From: a virus
Taxonomy: Duplodnaviria > Caudoviricetes
IMG/VR virus record: IMGVR_UViG_3300001765_000186
Location: 1 to 59,884 of that record
Direction: 5' to 3' (one strand)
DNA: 59,884 nt
Below, one piece after another: positions 27,601-35,203 of the stretch. Both the position numbers and the translations under genes were made by a program. The notes under the pieces were generated by a model that searched no databases, was not told where the DNA came from, and was given only the letters and a program-made list of their open reading frames with translations. Each line of letters opens with the position of its first letter. Position 1 is the stretch's first letter.

Positions 27601-28538
27601 TGGGTGCTGGGGTCCAATGCCAAATCAGGCCCAGGAGGGACGGTTGCCGGTGGAAGTGGCGTATTGCGCGACAACGCACCCATGCCCGCACCCATAGCGC
27701 CGCCAGACAGCAAGCCCATGGCTGCTGCTGCATCCAGATCCTGCGACCAGTCCTTGCCAAGCGCCACGTTATGTAGCGCCTGCTCGGACAGTGACTGTGG
27801 CAGTTCTTCCAACACACCTTCGGACAATGCGCCCTCGGCGGCACGGCGAATTATTCCCTTGTCTGCACCACGCGCACCGGCTTCCAGCGTGCCGCCCGCA
27901 ATCGCGGTATCGGCGTCGGCAATGCCCAGCTTGTTGGATACTTTGCCGCCCAGTGCTCCAAATACGCCCCCGACCACGCCAGACAAGCCAGCAAGCCCCG
28001 CCTGAGTACCCGTGATGTACCCGTCTTCGGTCTCCTGCCGGATGCCCTCGGCGGCAGATCCAGCGCCCACAATACCTTCGCCAGCCGCACCAGCCGCGAC
28101 CGCGCCCACCTTGGGTGCAGCGGCCATCAGCGCACGCGCACCAACACCGACCGCGCCAATCATGGGCACAGACTCGGCAATGGCGTTGCTTATCAAACTG
28201 GGGTTTGTCAGGGCCACGCCCGCCTTGTCGATGAAGCCCTCGGCGTCGTTGAACTGCTGTTGCTTGCCCTTGTAGTCGTCAGACTGGAAGCCGCTCAGTA
28301 CGCTCTTGGCGTCTTTGAACCGAACTCCAGAGTCTTCAACAAACTTGCCCGCGCGGCCACCAGATACCAAGTCGGCAAGGCCGACCACGGTTTCAGGAAC
28401 GGCTACAACGCCTTTGGCAACCGATAGGCCAAGGTCGCCCAGCTTGCGGGCTGCACTCGCGGGCTTTTCCAGGGTTGCAGTAGAGGGGTCAAATGCTTCT
28501 TCGGCCTTGGCCGTGCTTGCGTCAAATTCAAATGCCAT
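15675..28538 (-). CDS. Giant DarB-like polyvalent virion protein (MTase, SNF2-type helicase, zincin-like, PLxRFG regions)
   Basis: EGGAGVGNF and GNPPF; HVVGSGKT, VDEAH, QREGR; HESLGHYGLR; YAPLSRFG; 4287 aa. Confidence 0.9.
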   Translation of the reverse strand: MAFEFDASTAKAEEAFDPSTATLEKPASAARKLGDLGLSVAKGVVAVPETVVGLADLVSGGRAGKFVEDSGVRFKDAKSVLSGFQSDDYKGKQQQFNDAEGFIDKAGVALTNPSLISNAIAESVPMIGAVGVGARALMAAAPKVGAVAAGAAGEGIVGAGSAAEGIRQETEDGYITGTQAGLAGLSGVVGGVFGALGGKVSNKLGIADADTAIAGGTLEAGARGADKGIIRRAAEGALSEGVLEELPQSLSEQALHNVALGKDWSQDLDAAAAMGLLSGGAMGAGMGALSRNTPLPPATVPPGPDLALDPSTQLATVQSEEVGAPNVAQTTPPDGRAALTAQQAQQQQERDAQLAAQRAVASHDDEILASTGALDPIKPSQAMGITPEAGPLSRVAAGAVDGGIHDEIQQTQVVDQDRAVYEAHMAQQEAEAQQQDTATQAITKGPLAEAQMSEEDKRAVLFSNQAVADGGRKYEGTQDGDILNGMGAPFATRFAAARRAKLEGTGWTIAPVFDGFVARLKDAFNVSPTTGTEPGSTEPAGPVGDNAVGGVEFGQLDRLSEGDNPSGAVADYVGQSGEQAGGGNAAPVAQGNPQPKSLGTQVTASAGPGFTAKDVLRVENPTPAANEPTARTEATPDAQAQAVGANTDAAEPAPGARTAQVEANGVEKNPAGSAGSAGKPAPGPASLGSVKADMDHLFGIPQKRAKAIDRIAKGSAYFGNPMKAGEFITKNGLKDTHKAVKTSATRWDIVSKQEAPVAPADTAQAAIKPVATTQGQDNGTQTTKAKPSKAQQPAETPEGVAEIEWTRTRNVDRMVLILKAGFPQVTADKLQFKSWENLAPRVQDKLVKVMGPDAAPVRNMQTANAAELSPVTKARNMLMELQAKQDANGMVGDDRLETQINQIKREIAQLEGQNDELDAEMQSYEAKPNPTYSGAKSSSPAIQDFIDGKRDDVPSIEEVKAETKQPLAPADNAPVATETVAKPDAKAALSDEAKAAKAKMFNALGKLAHLAGKNTRMNWTQEEEQQLLPIVIELFDGAIELGSVSFKQAVAYVRDFIANGIDQETADAIPFDTLQGAYISVAGRHKDKPVTSKKTVAGFDSLEELEKSEDEADTPAKDTQNATLKLDSTSPNPLEGVSTEQVSGTGEVAPTGESPDGSGRGDPEGNGSTDSAGVQVSGGVGSDTGAVPVPARGKRSKRGSAGQSGVQGDAGIQPGLGFVDTAGGTGGLIPANPAPNAAPIPAPAFADFTIEDDFALGEGGQKAKFKGNIEAIRLLTQLDTDGRMATPTEQAVLAKYVGWGGLAQAFDEDNADWSKEYTELKGLMSERDYADARVSTRYAHFTSRQVVQDGIYAALERFGFAGGRALEGGAGVGNFIGLMPATMRSASRFTAIEREPFSAKIARNLYPQQNIQEADFTEFVGNDDFYDVAVGNPPFASDPQVDRSGRKHLSGLSLHNYFFAKEVDMLREGGILAQVITNSFMDAQTDTARKYIAEKTKLLGAIRLPNNAFSKNANTEVTTDLIFLQKLPESEWGGKAARANAKEWLAVGQITDAEGRTVPLNQYFIDHPEMMLGKFGAYGTMYRGESTALVQKPGQDTAALLKEAVSKLPANVYVDRAITNTASLQDALIKTLQNPQVQEGGYFEEDGKLFQRIKDIAGEARAQEVTAQSQWTEETKLGDNGFNRIKSLAGMRSTVRSLLAAELANDANMEALRKTLNDQYDAFTKDHGRINDPGTIRVFGDDPDFPLLASLEYGYTPAIGLAAAKSMGIKMVPSTANKGPIFTRRVIDARQQVAKVESPADALNVSMAERGRLDTKYIGELLGKDADEALHELSGGDSPLLFNDPATGEYVLRDAYLSGNVRAKLVQAKQAGMFNNIKALETVQPEDVGAHEINARIGSPWVPESVYQDFAKSLLGEGTDASIKYVKASGGYSSYIHAGSDTANTNTWGTPDYRGSDILSALLNNKPVKVTYKDAEGKTHTDVTGTENANAKAQEMRDKFQDWLFSDADRAELLGRAYNDTNNNYVTRQYDGAWMTFPGKVPNAIVEFRRHQRNAIARIVQDRTALLDHVVGSGKTYTVIASAMELRRTGLAKKPMIAVPNHLVKQWAADFYKLYPGANILTATKKDFEKSNRRKFLAKIATGDWDAVIIAHSSYGFIRPAPDFEAAFNTKQVENIVKTIREVDNGDGEKQQKKRTIKQLEGIKERLENRIKALRDKPMDSLLDFGELGVDQLFVDEAHMFKNLMFSTKMQNIAGLGDSKGSQRAYDMYVKANQLYERNGRGQGVVFATGTPVSNSLAEMYHMMRYLMPTQMEEMGFESFDAWANTYASVEQVWMQKASADGFKAQNRMSNFVNTPELLKVFDQVSDTVTMEDVKKAFSEENQGREFPLPKLKGGKRTPMSLRKSAAQEAYMADIANRALALEKRKGPPQKGEDNILVIMSDARKAAMDVRLVDPTITVREAGGRIDRASQELFARYKQYNDVKGTQLVFSDLGTPLKTAKKELAEYQVLKDRIEAGYGDELLGRAALGDEAAQAKIDDAEDAQEELEAKGRDWLGAMQAAERGFSVYDDLKAALIEKGIPENEIAFIHDYNTDEQKAGLFRKVNSGQIRILLGSTQKLGAGTNVQERLVALHHLDVPWKPSDVEQREGRVIRQGNTLAPVEGRAGGLPGFEVEILAYVTQDTLDMRMWQVQETKLKMINQLRTRKIGRDIENAFEDLELSAGEMQAAATGNIDLLREIQIKGEIKKLEQRKRAFDAQKSDLQSRKNSVSQKLESLPAKIESSKGMAEASDQYRTELAAIGEGFKATIDGKDYTDAKEAGAVLLAMIDNKVYMQRQADGKYGGRQLTEAQVAAEPEQDKKAADYNPWAARPVPLSVNMNGEVFTSRDKLTEAFSNLRGDREPIAWTFGGEAFNRRTQIATAIRQAVAESIADEQVKEIGKLGPFSVSVEGQSAKLEKVLDVVLTYMGQTISNARSLYAVDEAGIERTVPVVVVMAENLAVSARQQHEYEKRQLENAKREKAELDAAPVSGDWPDQPKLVELRKKHQEVLRNLSSAGVTATADGETLEGAMGAIPDTTANTTDVVFSRPTFSRGAQSQANESVERLARGIASHWENPPEVVIAFDMNDPVIPEKVRAEDQRQRSGGASGTPEGFYYKGTVYLMSSKLGTPNDIARVLFHESLGHYGLRGTFGKALRPILRGVAMMRKAEVDAKITQYGLKMGSQLDRFTAAEEVLAELAQTKPELGFVQRAIAAVRTWLRQNVPGFNNMRLSDNELIQNYILPARAWVERGGPGGGGGGLPAMSRADDAETMFSRSVGDTLTSATNSVRDVALPAGYKVNDLIGSVPGKLNWWHKTVGTQYNLAQRSTAFKRVFDGVQNFINDVSYFATEAADLAPTILPKLESWKDITRAAMSPEDAKALSRPVFEGTLLWGRDTSGKPVKMEVLEAEAAKIPTADKAQILIRKNLVSNQVMTMWRGMQLDQYNALIESKYEREMLRPGVVWKDAELKSMFGLNEKQIPLYKEFRAATNKSLTNLAITDMLRYAGKDAAPIRDVVQSSKTAMEAAETLRDYLLSLTDDGDSARTNVLTDTANTIIDKGTRALDLIDRGYAPLSRFGQHTVDVLDAEGERVYFGMFESTMDAAKMARDMTALHPGATVKRDTVSQEEYKLFAGVSPETLELFGDMLGLEAKGDDAAAKAFQTYIKLAKNNRSSMKRLMTRKGIAGFSEDAGRVLAGFVYSNARQSSKNLHMGEMSEAASVVGQNPDGTKNGDGELKDAAVQLVDYIQNPMEEAQAVRGLMFAQYIGGSVASAMVNLTQPITMTFPWLSQYGGGIKAAKQMTAAMQDALKARTGDAKLDAAIKRAEEDGTVSPQEVHQLMQQSQGKGALRSGDGTTAGNALATAQNGVARLGLAWGKLFGVAEQFNRRVTFIAAFRTAVAEGMADPDGFARKAISETQGIYNKGNKPKWARGAIGATLFTFKQFSVSYVEMLSRMAKNGPEGKKAAALALGVLFLMAGAGGFPGAEDLDDIISGVLQSMGYNFDSAAKRKAFFVELFGEGGARFMESGISGLPGVPIDVSGRMGLGNLIPGTGLFTKKTDHTRDVTEVLGPVGDLAKRGFEAAGKAIGGHVFGVDGAIMTASPVAARNLVKAYDMYTTGMYRDQSGKKVIDVDGSDVLAKAIGFQPNDVKRVQDAGQEAVRMIGLNKMRESEIADEWAKGLFEKDVEKVKAAREDLAKWNATNPESPISIKFSQVLSRVKQMNMTKEQRIAKTAPAEIRAAVRQELEAR
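24854..25177 (-). CDS. Nested 107-aa gene in the +1 frame of the giant gene
   Basis: AAGGA-N8-ATG; helical globular sequence where the host frame is a low-complexity linker. Confidence 0.7.
   Translation of the reverse strand: MQHSNWIAQARTHWREFQPSKFRELVKSHQLEKALTEAAEATQKEMDLLIAQGFKYQEAWEATREQYLFPPEESEASEEAPDSPGFKAMQEYNRGLGSLILPGERED
26774..26965 (-). CDS. Possible second nested 63-aa gene (+1 frame)
   Basis: AAGGA-N8-ATG; Leu-rich helical product over a G/P/S-rich host linker. Confidence 0.45.
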   Translation of the reverse strand: MSAQLLELNPEAQNPLDLLAITPLEAWNLDNLIDSPRETTRAEQLLITWVNLVNRPVEAMQRQ

Positions 28539-28550
28539 TAGGCGCTCCGG

Positions 28551-30419
28551 TTAGGCTGGAATAAATGCTTTGCCGTCCCACTTGGCACGGTTTCCTTTTG
28601 CATCGGTGTAGACTTTTTCTGTCTCGTACTGGCCTTGCGGCTTCGCCTGCTTGCCAGACATTTCCCCTGTGCGTTTGTTGTACAGGCTGTAGATAGGCGC
28701 GTTGGTGATCGGGTCAACGCCGGTCTGGATCTTGTCGAACAGGTCTGGCGCTGGTGCCTTCTCCTTGCCGGTCAAAACCCGAACCCGCGCCGCGTTGTCT
28801 TCGCTTGGGTCTTTGTCGTAGGCGTCAAATGCTGCTTGGAGTCGCGCTTGTTGCTTCGCGTCCAACTCAGCCTTGGCAGCGTTGCGGGCCTCCTGCGACT
28901 TCTCAATGCCGAAGCGGTCTTGCGCAAGCTGCTGGGTGGCCTTCACTGCATTGGCCTGAACCGCTTGGCCGCTGGCGGTGATGTCCTGCCCGCGTCGGGT
29001 GGTCTGGTCGGTCATGGCGAGTCGCTGCATGGCTGATGCGTTGTTGCTGGCCTGCCCTTGTTGGCCATCAAGCGCAGCAAGGCTCTGTGCTGCTACCGAC
29101 TTCTGCGCACGGGTCGCATCGTTGACGGTCGTGGACGACAAGGTGCTCTCTGCCCGCTGGCGTGCGCGTTCGCGGTCTATCTTGTCGCCAATCTGTTGCT
29201 CTACGGCCTGCTGGTTTTGCCCGCTGGCAAAGTTCGCGGCGTCTTTGGCCTCGCGCTCGGCCTGCATCTGGTTGCCCAGCGCGATGTCTTTCTGGGTCTG
29301 CGCGTCGCGCTCTGCCTTCCCGCCCATTGCCACCGGAGAACCGGGCGGCTGCGACATGCGGACTGCGGCTCCAGGCATTGCAGGCGCAGAAGCACCAGCC
29401 GCTGCAACTGGCTTCGGCGGCTGAACCGGCATTGCTGCTGGTGCAGAAGCAATCGCGCGTGCAACGGGCGCAGTAGCTGGCTGTACCGCCGCCTGGGCGG
29501 GGGCCATGTCTTCGCCGGTTGCCACGTTGCTGATGAAGTTGCCAACGGGTTTCAATGCACCAGACACCGCCCCTGCGGTATCAACCAAACCCGAAACCTG
29601 TGTAGCGGCCATGCCACGCACGCCACTGTTGATTGCTCTGCCGACGTTGCCAGCCTTGATGGCAGAGCTAACGTCGTTCACGGCGGTACGCGCGATGCTT
29701 TTGGTGTCGTCGTATGCGCCGGGGGTAGCTTGCGGGCTTGGCGCTGTTGGGCCAGCACCGGGGGCACCACCGGTAGGGATTTGCGCGACCAGTTGTTTGC
29801 GCAAGTCGTCAGGACTTGCGCCACCAGCCGCACCGCGCGACATTTCTTCGTCGTATTGGAGTGTTGGACCAACGGGCTCACCCGTACCGGCCTCCAGCAT
29901 CGCATCAACGGAAGGGAAGCCCTTTTCCTTGGCAACCTGCTGTAAGTAGGCATCCTGCTTCTTGCTGACGATGCGCTCACCAGTGGCAACCTTGATGGGT
30001 TCGCCCGTGTCAACCACTTCGGCTGGAATGCTGTCAGATGTCGGTGTGCCAGGGCCTTTCAGCATCCCGCCCCGGTCACTTTTTTTTTTACCATCCATGG
30101 CTGGATAGGAGCCCATGGCCTCTTTCGCCATACCGGGCTTGACCTTAGCACCTTGTGCAGCACCAGCAGCGGCCATGCGCTTGTCGATGATGGTCTGGTT
30201 GCCCATTGGGGCCGCCTGCGTGGGCTGTGGTGTAGGCGTCGGCGCTGGCTGCTCTGGTTTCGCCATACGCTTCATCTCTGCCGCAACCTTGGCGTCCATG
30301 GCCTGCTTGGATGTCTGCATCCCGACGGCTGACTTGAACTTGTCCAACAAGCCGCCACCAGAGTAGCCTGGGATGCGGCTCATCTTCATGACTGCTTTAC
30401 CGCGATGTACTGTTTCCAT
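28551..30419 (-). CDS. Probable internal virion/ejection protein
   Basis: Ala/Gln-rich; GPGTPTSDSIPA motif; adjacent to the giant gene. Confidence 0.65.
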   Translation of the reverse strand: METVHRGKAVMKMSRIPGYSGGGLLDKFKSAVGMQTSKQAMDAKVAAEMKRMAKPEQPAPTPTPQPTQAAPMGNQTIIDKRMAAAGAAQGAKVKPGMAKEAMGSYPAMDGKKKSDRGGMLKGPGTPTSDSIPAEVVDTGEPIKVATGERIVSKKQDAYLQQVAKEKGFPSVDAMLEAGTGEPVGPTLQYDEEMSRGAAGGASPDDLRKQLVAQIPTGGAPGAGPTAPSPQATPGAYDDTKSIARTAVNDVSSAIKAGNVGRAINSGVRGMAATQVSGLVDTAGAVSGALKPVGNFISNVATGEDMAPAQAAVQPATAPVARAIASAPAAMPVQPPKPVAAAGASAPAMPGAAVRMSQPPGSPVAMGGKAERDAQTQKDIALGNQMQAEREAKDAANFASGQNQQAVEQQIGDKIDRERARQRAESTLSSTTVNDATRAQKSVAAQSLAALDGQQGQASNNASAMQRLAMTDQTTRRGQDITASGQAVQANAVKATQQLAQDRFGIEKSQEARNAAKAELDAKQQARLQAAFDAYDKDPSEDNAARVRVLTGKEKAPAPDLFDKIQTGVDPITNAPIYSLYNKRTGEMSGKQAKPQGQYETEKVYTDAKGNRAKWDGKAFIPA

Positions 30420-30470
30420 ACCTGAACCTCTTGAAGTTCAGGCATTCTGGGTTTGCCCCGCGCGTGAGGC

Positions 30471-30486
30471 AAACCCTAGTGGGGGG
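30471..30486 (-). promoter_or_regulatory. Late-promoter-like motif copy
   Basis: CCCCCCACTAGGGTTT-N21-CAGAAT. Confidence 0.7.
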
Positions 30487-31503
30487 TCAGTTGGTTCCGT
30501 TCACGCTGTACGACGTGCCGGACGAACTGTGCAGGTTGTTGAACATGCTGGATGCCATCTGGGCAATAGCCCCAGCTTCGGCCATCAGAGCCTTAATCCG
30601 TTCCTCCACCAGTCGCACATCCACCGCTTGATTCTTCTCGTCTGCGTTCAGTTTTATGGTTGCGTTAAATTGCTCGGCCTGCTTTACCAACTTGCTGGCA
30701 TCGTTTCGCGCACCGTAGAAGCTGGCTGCGGCTGAAATCAGCTTGCTCTGCGCGTCATAGCCGACCTTCACCGCTTGGCTGGCCAGCGCAGGGCCAGCGG
30801 CCAGCGCCTTGATGTACTCCACAGCAGCGCCCAACGCCATTTGCCGAAGATCCAGAGCCTTGCCAACGGCAAACTGTATTTGCTCTACATAGGCCATCAT
30901 CAGCTTACGGTCAGCCTCGGCTACAACTTCTTGCGCCTTCTGGTTGATTTGCAGCACAGCGCCCGCCGCCGCACCGGCAGGCAACGGAAACCGCCGTGCA
31001 GCAAATGTCGCTATCACAGCATCAGACAACGTGGCGGCTTCCGCGTAGGCCCTGGTGCTGGCGTCTGTCAGTATCTGCGCCGCCACCCCAGAAGGAATCG
31101 CATAGTTGGGGTTCGATATGGCATCACTTAGCCAAGTCTCGGCCAAGTTGTAAACCTCCGACTCGTTAGGGAAATACGTTGTCCTGAAATCCACAAACTT
31201 GTCAGACAACATAGTGACAAGCTCTTGGTACTTACTGGTAAAGGTGGATAGCGCCAAGCCGGTCAAATCACCCGAAGGGATGGATATATTGGGCTCGGCA
31301 ACCGCCGCCGTGTTGGCAGAGTCAGCCGTGATGCCGCCAATGCCAGCGGCTATAACGCCCTCAACTCCATCCACCTTCGATTCAAAGGCGGTAGCCTTTG
31401 CGTTGGCCTGCTCCCACGACGTATTGATAAGAGCGGCAGAAAATTGCAACGCAGCAAGTGCGCCGGGTGTGAAATTACCAGCGGGTACGGTTACGAGACT
31501 CAT
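30487..31503 (-). CDS. Virion protein, helical (possible ejection protein)
   Basis: AAGGAG RBS; Ala-rich; structural operon. Confidence 0.6.
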   Translation of the reverse strand: MSLVTVPAGNFTPGALAALQFSAALINTSWEQANAKATAFESKVDGVEGVIAAGIGGITADSANTAAVAEPNISIPSGDLTGLALSTFTSKYQELVTMLSDKFVDFRTTYFPNESEVYNLAETWLSDAISNPNYAIPSGVAAQILTDASTRAYAEAATLSDAVIATFAARRFPLPAGAAAGAVLQINQKAQEVVAEADRKLMMAYVEQIQFAVGKALDLRQMALGAAVEYIKALAAGPALASQAVKVGYDAQSKLISAAASFYGARNDASKLVKQAEQFNATIKLNADEKNQAVDVRLVEERIKALMAEAGAIAQMASSMFNNLHSSSGTSYSVNGTN

Positions 31504-31505
31504 GA

Positions 31506-33080
31506 TTAAATTCTCCTTGTGGTAACAGAAGGCCCAAGCGAAACAAACGCAAGGGCAAAGTCTGCGCCGCTAGTGTTGGTCAGCGTCAGATCAAAATAGT
31601 TTGCGATTAGCCCTAGTCCGGGGTCTATGCGCTGCACTTGCATATCAGCGCCAGCACTGCGGGCTGCATAGGTGTAGTCCATGCTGGGAGTCTTAACCTG
31701 CATGTTCATTGGGCTTGGCGAGTCGGTTCCCAAGTAGATTGCAGGCAAGCCTTTACGTTCCTCTGAGCCCAAGTCCTGTTTGCCAAATCCCACCGAAGCA
31801 TTTACCGGCGTGTCAGCATCCGTGATGTAGATGCCATCCACCTTGGTGGCATAGCACCTAGACATGGATGTGAAGACGTTGCCCGAGTAGGTGGTTACGG
31901 CCTTGGTCTGCAAATTCATGGTGTACCCGCAAGACGACACCCGCGTGTACCCCTCGCACTCGCACACGCTGGCAGACCCGGTTGCCGGTAGCGTCACGTT
32001 CACAGTTTTGGCCATGGGTGTCTCCACGCCCCCGCTGGCGTTGGCCAGCACAAACCCCTTTTCGCCAAACCAGCCGACCAAGGCTTCATCTGGCGACTCA
32101 AACACCGTTCCAGGCACTGCCCCGTATGGCAGCACGTCAGCAATATTCCCCTGCACGTTGCCAAGGTCGCCGGGTACAAAATAAGTTTTGTCTGCGGCGA
32201 CGTATGTACCGCCCTGGTTGGTAACGGCAATGCTCACGGTGGACGGGAATGGTATGTAGCCTTCCGCTGGAAGGTAGTAGCCAGGGCGAAATGGCAGACC
32301 AACGTAAACCATGGAGCCCGCGTGCGAACAGATGCGCCCGTTGGCATTGAACAATGTCCCAGCCGGTAGCGGCGCTTCAAACCGCATGGTGGAGGGCCTG
32401 CCCGTTGCCAGGGTTGTCAGGTCCACCGTCGCGGAGCCTAGCGCCACCGTCGAATGCAGTTGTGGGACCGTGCCATTGCTATCGGACAGATACACATTTG
32501 CGTGCGTGGCCCCGGTCACAGCACCGGGCAGCGTGACGCGAACACCGCCACTCCCTTCTAGGTTGTGCAGCGTGGTAGGAGAAATGCCGCCTTCCTCGCT
32601 GGTCGTCACATTCACGTAGGCCACGGCCACTAGGTAGTTGCCTTTCAGCAAAGAACCGCCAACCGTGGATAGTGCCGGTGCAACAGGTGTTGGTAGCCCC
32701 ATGGGGTAGGCCACGCCCGCCGTTACGCGCCCTGCGTCCGTCCCGTTGGAGAAATACCAGTCGGCGCCCAGCTTCACATAGATCATGTCGGCATCACTGG
32801 CCAGCACCTTGAGTAGCGTTTCCGAGTAGGCGGGCAGCGTTATTGCGTACAAGACCGATGCCCGAACCAGAAACCCACCGGTAGATGATGTGATTCTGAC
32901 CGAGTGGGCATTGCTCATTGCCTGCGCCCGCGTTACGCCGCGCCTACGCCGGATCTTGCCAGCGTTGTCGATGTCCACATTGTCAGCGGTTCGCAAATAC
33001 TGGCCCGCCTCCACCTTCAAGGCAAAGTCCGGCAACCGGTTGTTGATGCCCAAGAACGGGCCGAATTTGATAGTTTCCAT
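31506..33080 (-). CDS. Putative podophage tail tubular/nozzle protein
   Basis: FLGINNR..ADNVDID..G.IRRRRG N-terminus; beta-rich. Confidence 0.6.
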   Translation of the reverse strand: METIKFGPFLGINNRLPDFALKVEAGQYLRTADNVDIDNAGKIRRRRGVTRAQAMSNAHSVRITSSTGGFLVRASVLYAITLPAYSETLLKVLASDADMIYVKLGADWYFSNGTDAGRVTAGVAYPMGLPTPVAPALSTVGGSLLKGNYLVAVAYVNVTTSEEGGISPTTLHNLEGSGGVRVTLPGAVTGATHANVYLSDSNGTVPQLHSTVALGSATVDLTTLATGRPSTMRFEAPLPAGTLFNANGRICSHAGSMVYVGLPFRPGYYLPAEGYIPFPSTVSIAVTNQGGTYVAADKTYFVPGDLGNVQGNIADVLPYGAVPGTVFESPDEALVGWFGEKGFVLANASGGVETPMAKTVNVTLPATGSASVCECEGYTRVSSCGYTMNLQTKAVTTYSGNVFTSMSRCYATKVDGIYITDADTPVNASVGFGKQDLGSEERKGLPAIYLGTDSPSPMNMQVKTPSMDYTYAARSAGADMQVQRIDPGLGLIANYFDLTLTNTSGADFALAFVSLGPSVTTRRI

Positions 33081-33088
33081 ACGTTCCT

Positions 33089-35203
33089 TTATGCCCATCC
33101 GACGAAGCGGCGATCCTTGTCAACAGATGCTGGGTTCTTTAGCCCCTCCGACATCACGTACCGCTTGCCGTGGCTGGTGTAGGTGTACATGCCACGGTCG
33201 TAGTAGGGGTACGTGTATGCAACGTCAAATAAGCCAGTTAGGCTTCCACCAGCCGTCCCGATTGACCCGGAAATGGCAGCGTTGAAGCAATAGACTTCCG
33301 ATATAGTCGCAGGGGGTGATGGGGTAGTAGACACAGCAACCGGTGTGCCTGGGCCGTAGCCTGACCATGTACCCCACTCCCACGAAAGCCGGTAAGGTAT
33401 AAAAGACGCCACTGTTCCGGTGAACCTTGTTGCTGATATCGGTACAGTCGTTGCTGTCTGCGAGTAGGTGCCGACCCCATCGGATTCTCGTGTTGCGGCA
33501 TAGGCTGCACAGCAATCTTGGCCAGGGATCACGAACGCCCAGGCCGAATACTTCAAGCCTGTAAAAACATAGAGCGTTCTTGTCATCGGCCCACCTTCGA
33601 TGAACCCGCCTCCGTTCGCGCCGCCGCCTGTCGAAAATATGAAACCGGGGGCTGTCGGCCCGCCGTAGTTCGTACCTACGAAGTTCCCACAGAAACCAAC
33701 AGGGTTGTCTACAGTGCTTGAGTAAGTCGGATTTGTCGTTCTGACCGACCATCTTCCATTCTGGGTAATCCCCCCATACGAAGCCCCTCCTATCACCAGC
33801 GTCATGCCGAACCCGTCGAAAATCTCGGTGCGCAGGTAGTTCAGCGGGACGTTTGCAAAATTGAAGCTGTACTGCCAGTTGTCGCTTAACGCCTCGTCGC
33901 TCGGGTTTACAAAAAGCGCGTCTGTTGTCTGTGTGTCGCTGGCCGGTAGGGTTGCAAAAGATATCTTGGAACTTTCCCAAGTGTCGTCAACGTAGTAGCC
34001 ATAAACTTCCACGCCAGAAAACACAAAGTCCGACCCTCTGCGTGGTGACCCCACCCGTAGCGACATAAGCGACAACGGGGCGGTGGACACCTCTGTTTCC
34101 GGCACAAAAATGTTGTAGGTCCCCCACCCGTCTATCCATTCGCCGTTGCTGTCTACGTTTGCTGTTGCTGTCACCTCAGTGCCTGAGTAACCCAGCTCCA
34201 CTGTCACGGTACGGGAGTGCCACCGCACGTTTGAAAGCGATGCGGGGTTCAGAGTTTCGTGCACCACGATCCGGGCCTCGCTGCCGTCACTGTTGAATTT
34301 CCAGCCATAGGCCAAGGACGTTCCATCGGCCCCTACCGGCACAGAAACAATCTTAGGTTTCTGGGTATTGATGGATGCCGACGCAAAAGCATATGCCTCT
34401 GCCTTCTCAGAACCTGGATTTGCAGCCAACAGCGCAGTAGCCGCTTTCGTGAAAATGATGGGGTAATAGGTGATGACGGTGTGCGTGCCTGATAGTGCGA
34501 GATTGACCAGAAAGTAAACCCCGTCCGCAGCCTTGAACAGTCCAGTGGTGCCGTGCGGCCAGAACCCAAACTGCAACGGTGTGTTGTTGTAGGTATAGAT
34601 CAGCGATACAGACGACCCCGTGCTTTCGATGTTGAGTTTTGGTGCAAGCTCCTGTGTTGCCCCGTACTGCGCCTGCATGAACAGACGCATCTTCCCGCTG
34701 AACAGCGACGGTGGGAAAACCGCAGCGGCCATCTTCTTCCCGACCGTGGCCCCGCCGTACAGCTCCTTTGATGCCTCACTAGGAGGGCCAATGGCCAATG
34801 AGTCTTGCCCCTCCGCAAGAGTCTGCTTGCTGTCCTGAACGCCGTCCTTTGCGATCTTCCCAAGCCATGCATCATTGACAGCAATGTCCAAGAAATGCCA
34901 CTTTGCAGCATCAAAGCGCGTTGGGTTCCCAACGCCTGGGAATGACCACGCAAGTTGCCCAGTCTCCATATACAAGGTGGTGATGTCCGCTGCACCGTTG
35001 CCATCTGTCAGGCGTGAGAACTGCGGCATACCGTTCTTCGTGGTCAGCATGGTTACGCTGCCGTCAGGCTCTGTGCGGAACTCTTTGCGATAGCCTACAC
35101 TGCCGCCCAGCCGGTCCAGCATCTGGCGCTCCCCACTCCCGCCCAGGGGTGTACCTGTCCGCGTAGGCAGAGTGAACCCGAATTTTTTATCCCGGTAGCT
35201 CAT
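33089..35203 (-). CDS. Virion structural/tail protein
   Basis: 704 aa, beta-rich, in structural operon. Confidence 0.6.
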   Translation of the reverse strand: MSYRDKKFGFTLPTRTGTPLGGSGERQMLDRLGGSVGYRKEFRTEPDGSVTMLTTKNGMPQFSRLTDGNGAADITTLYMETGQLAWSFPGVGNPTRFDAAKWHFLDIAVNDAWLGKIAKDGVQDSKQTLAEGQDSLAIGPPSEASKELYGGATVGKKMAAAVFPPSLFSGKMRLFMQAQYGATQELAPKLNIESTGSSVSLIYTYNNTPLQFGFWPHGTTGLFKAADGVYFLVNLALSGTHTVITYYPIIFTKAATALLAANPGSEKAEAYAFASASINTQKPKIVSVPVGADGTSLAYGWKFNSDGSEARIVVHETLNPASLSNVRWHSRTVTVELGYSGTEVTATANVDSNGEWIDGWGTYNIFVPETEVSTAPLSLMSLRVGSPRRGSDFVFSGVEVYGYYVDDTWESSKISFATLPASDTQTTDALFVNPSDEALSDNWQYSFNFANVPLNYLRTEIFDGFGMTLVIGGASYGGITQNGRWSVRTTNPTYSSTVDNPVGFCGNFVGTNYGGPTAPGFIFSTGGGANGGGFIEGGPMTRTLYVFTGLKYSAWAFVIPGQDCCAAYAATRESDGVGTYSQTATTVPISATRFTGTVASFIPYRLSWEWGTWSGYGPGTPVAVSTTPSPPATISEVYCFNAAISGSIGTAGGSLTGLFDVAYTYPYYDRGMYTYTSHGKRYVMSEGLKNPASVDKDRRFVGWA

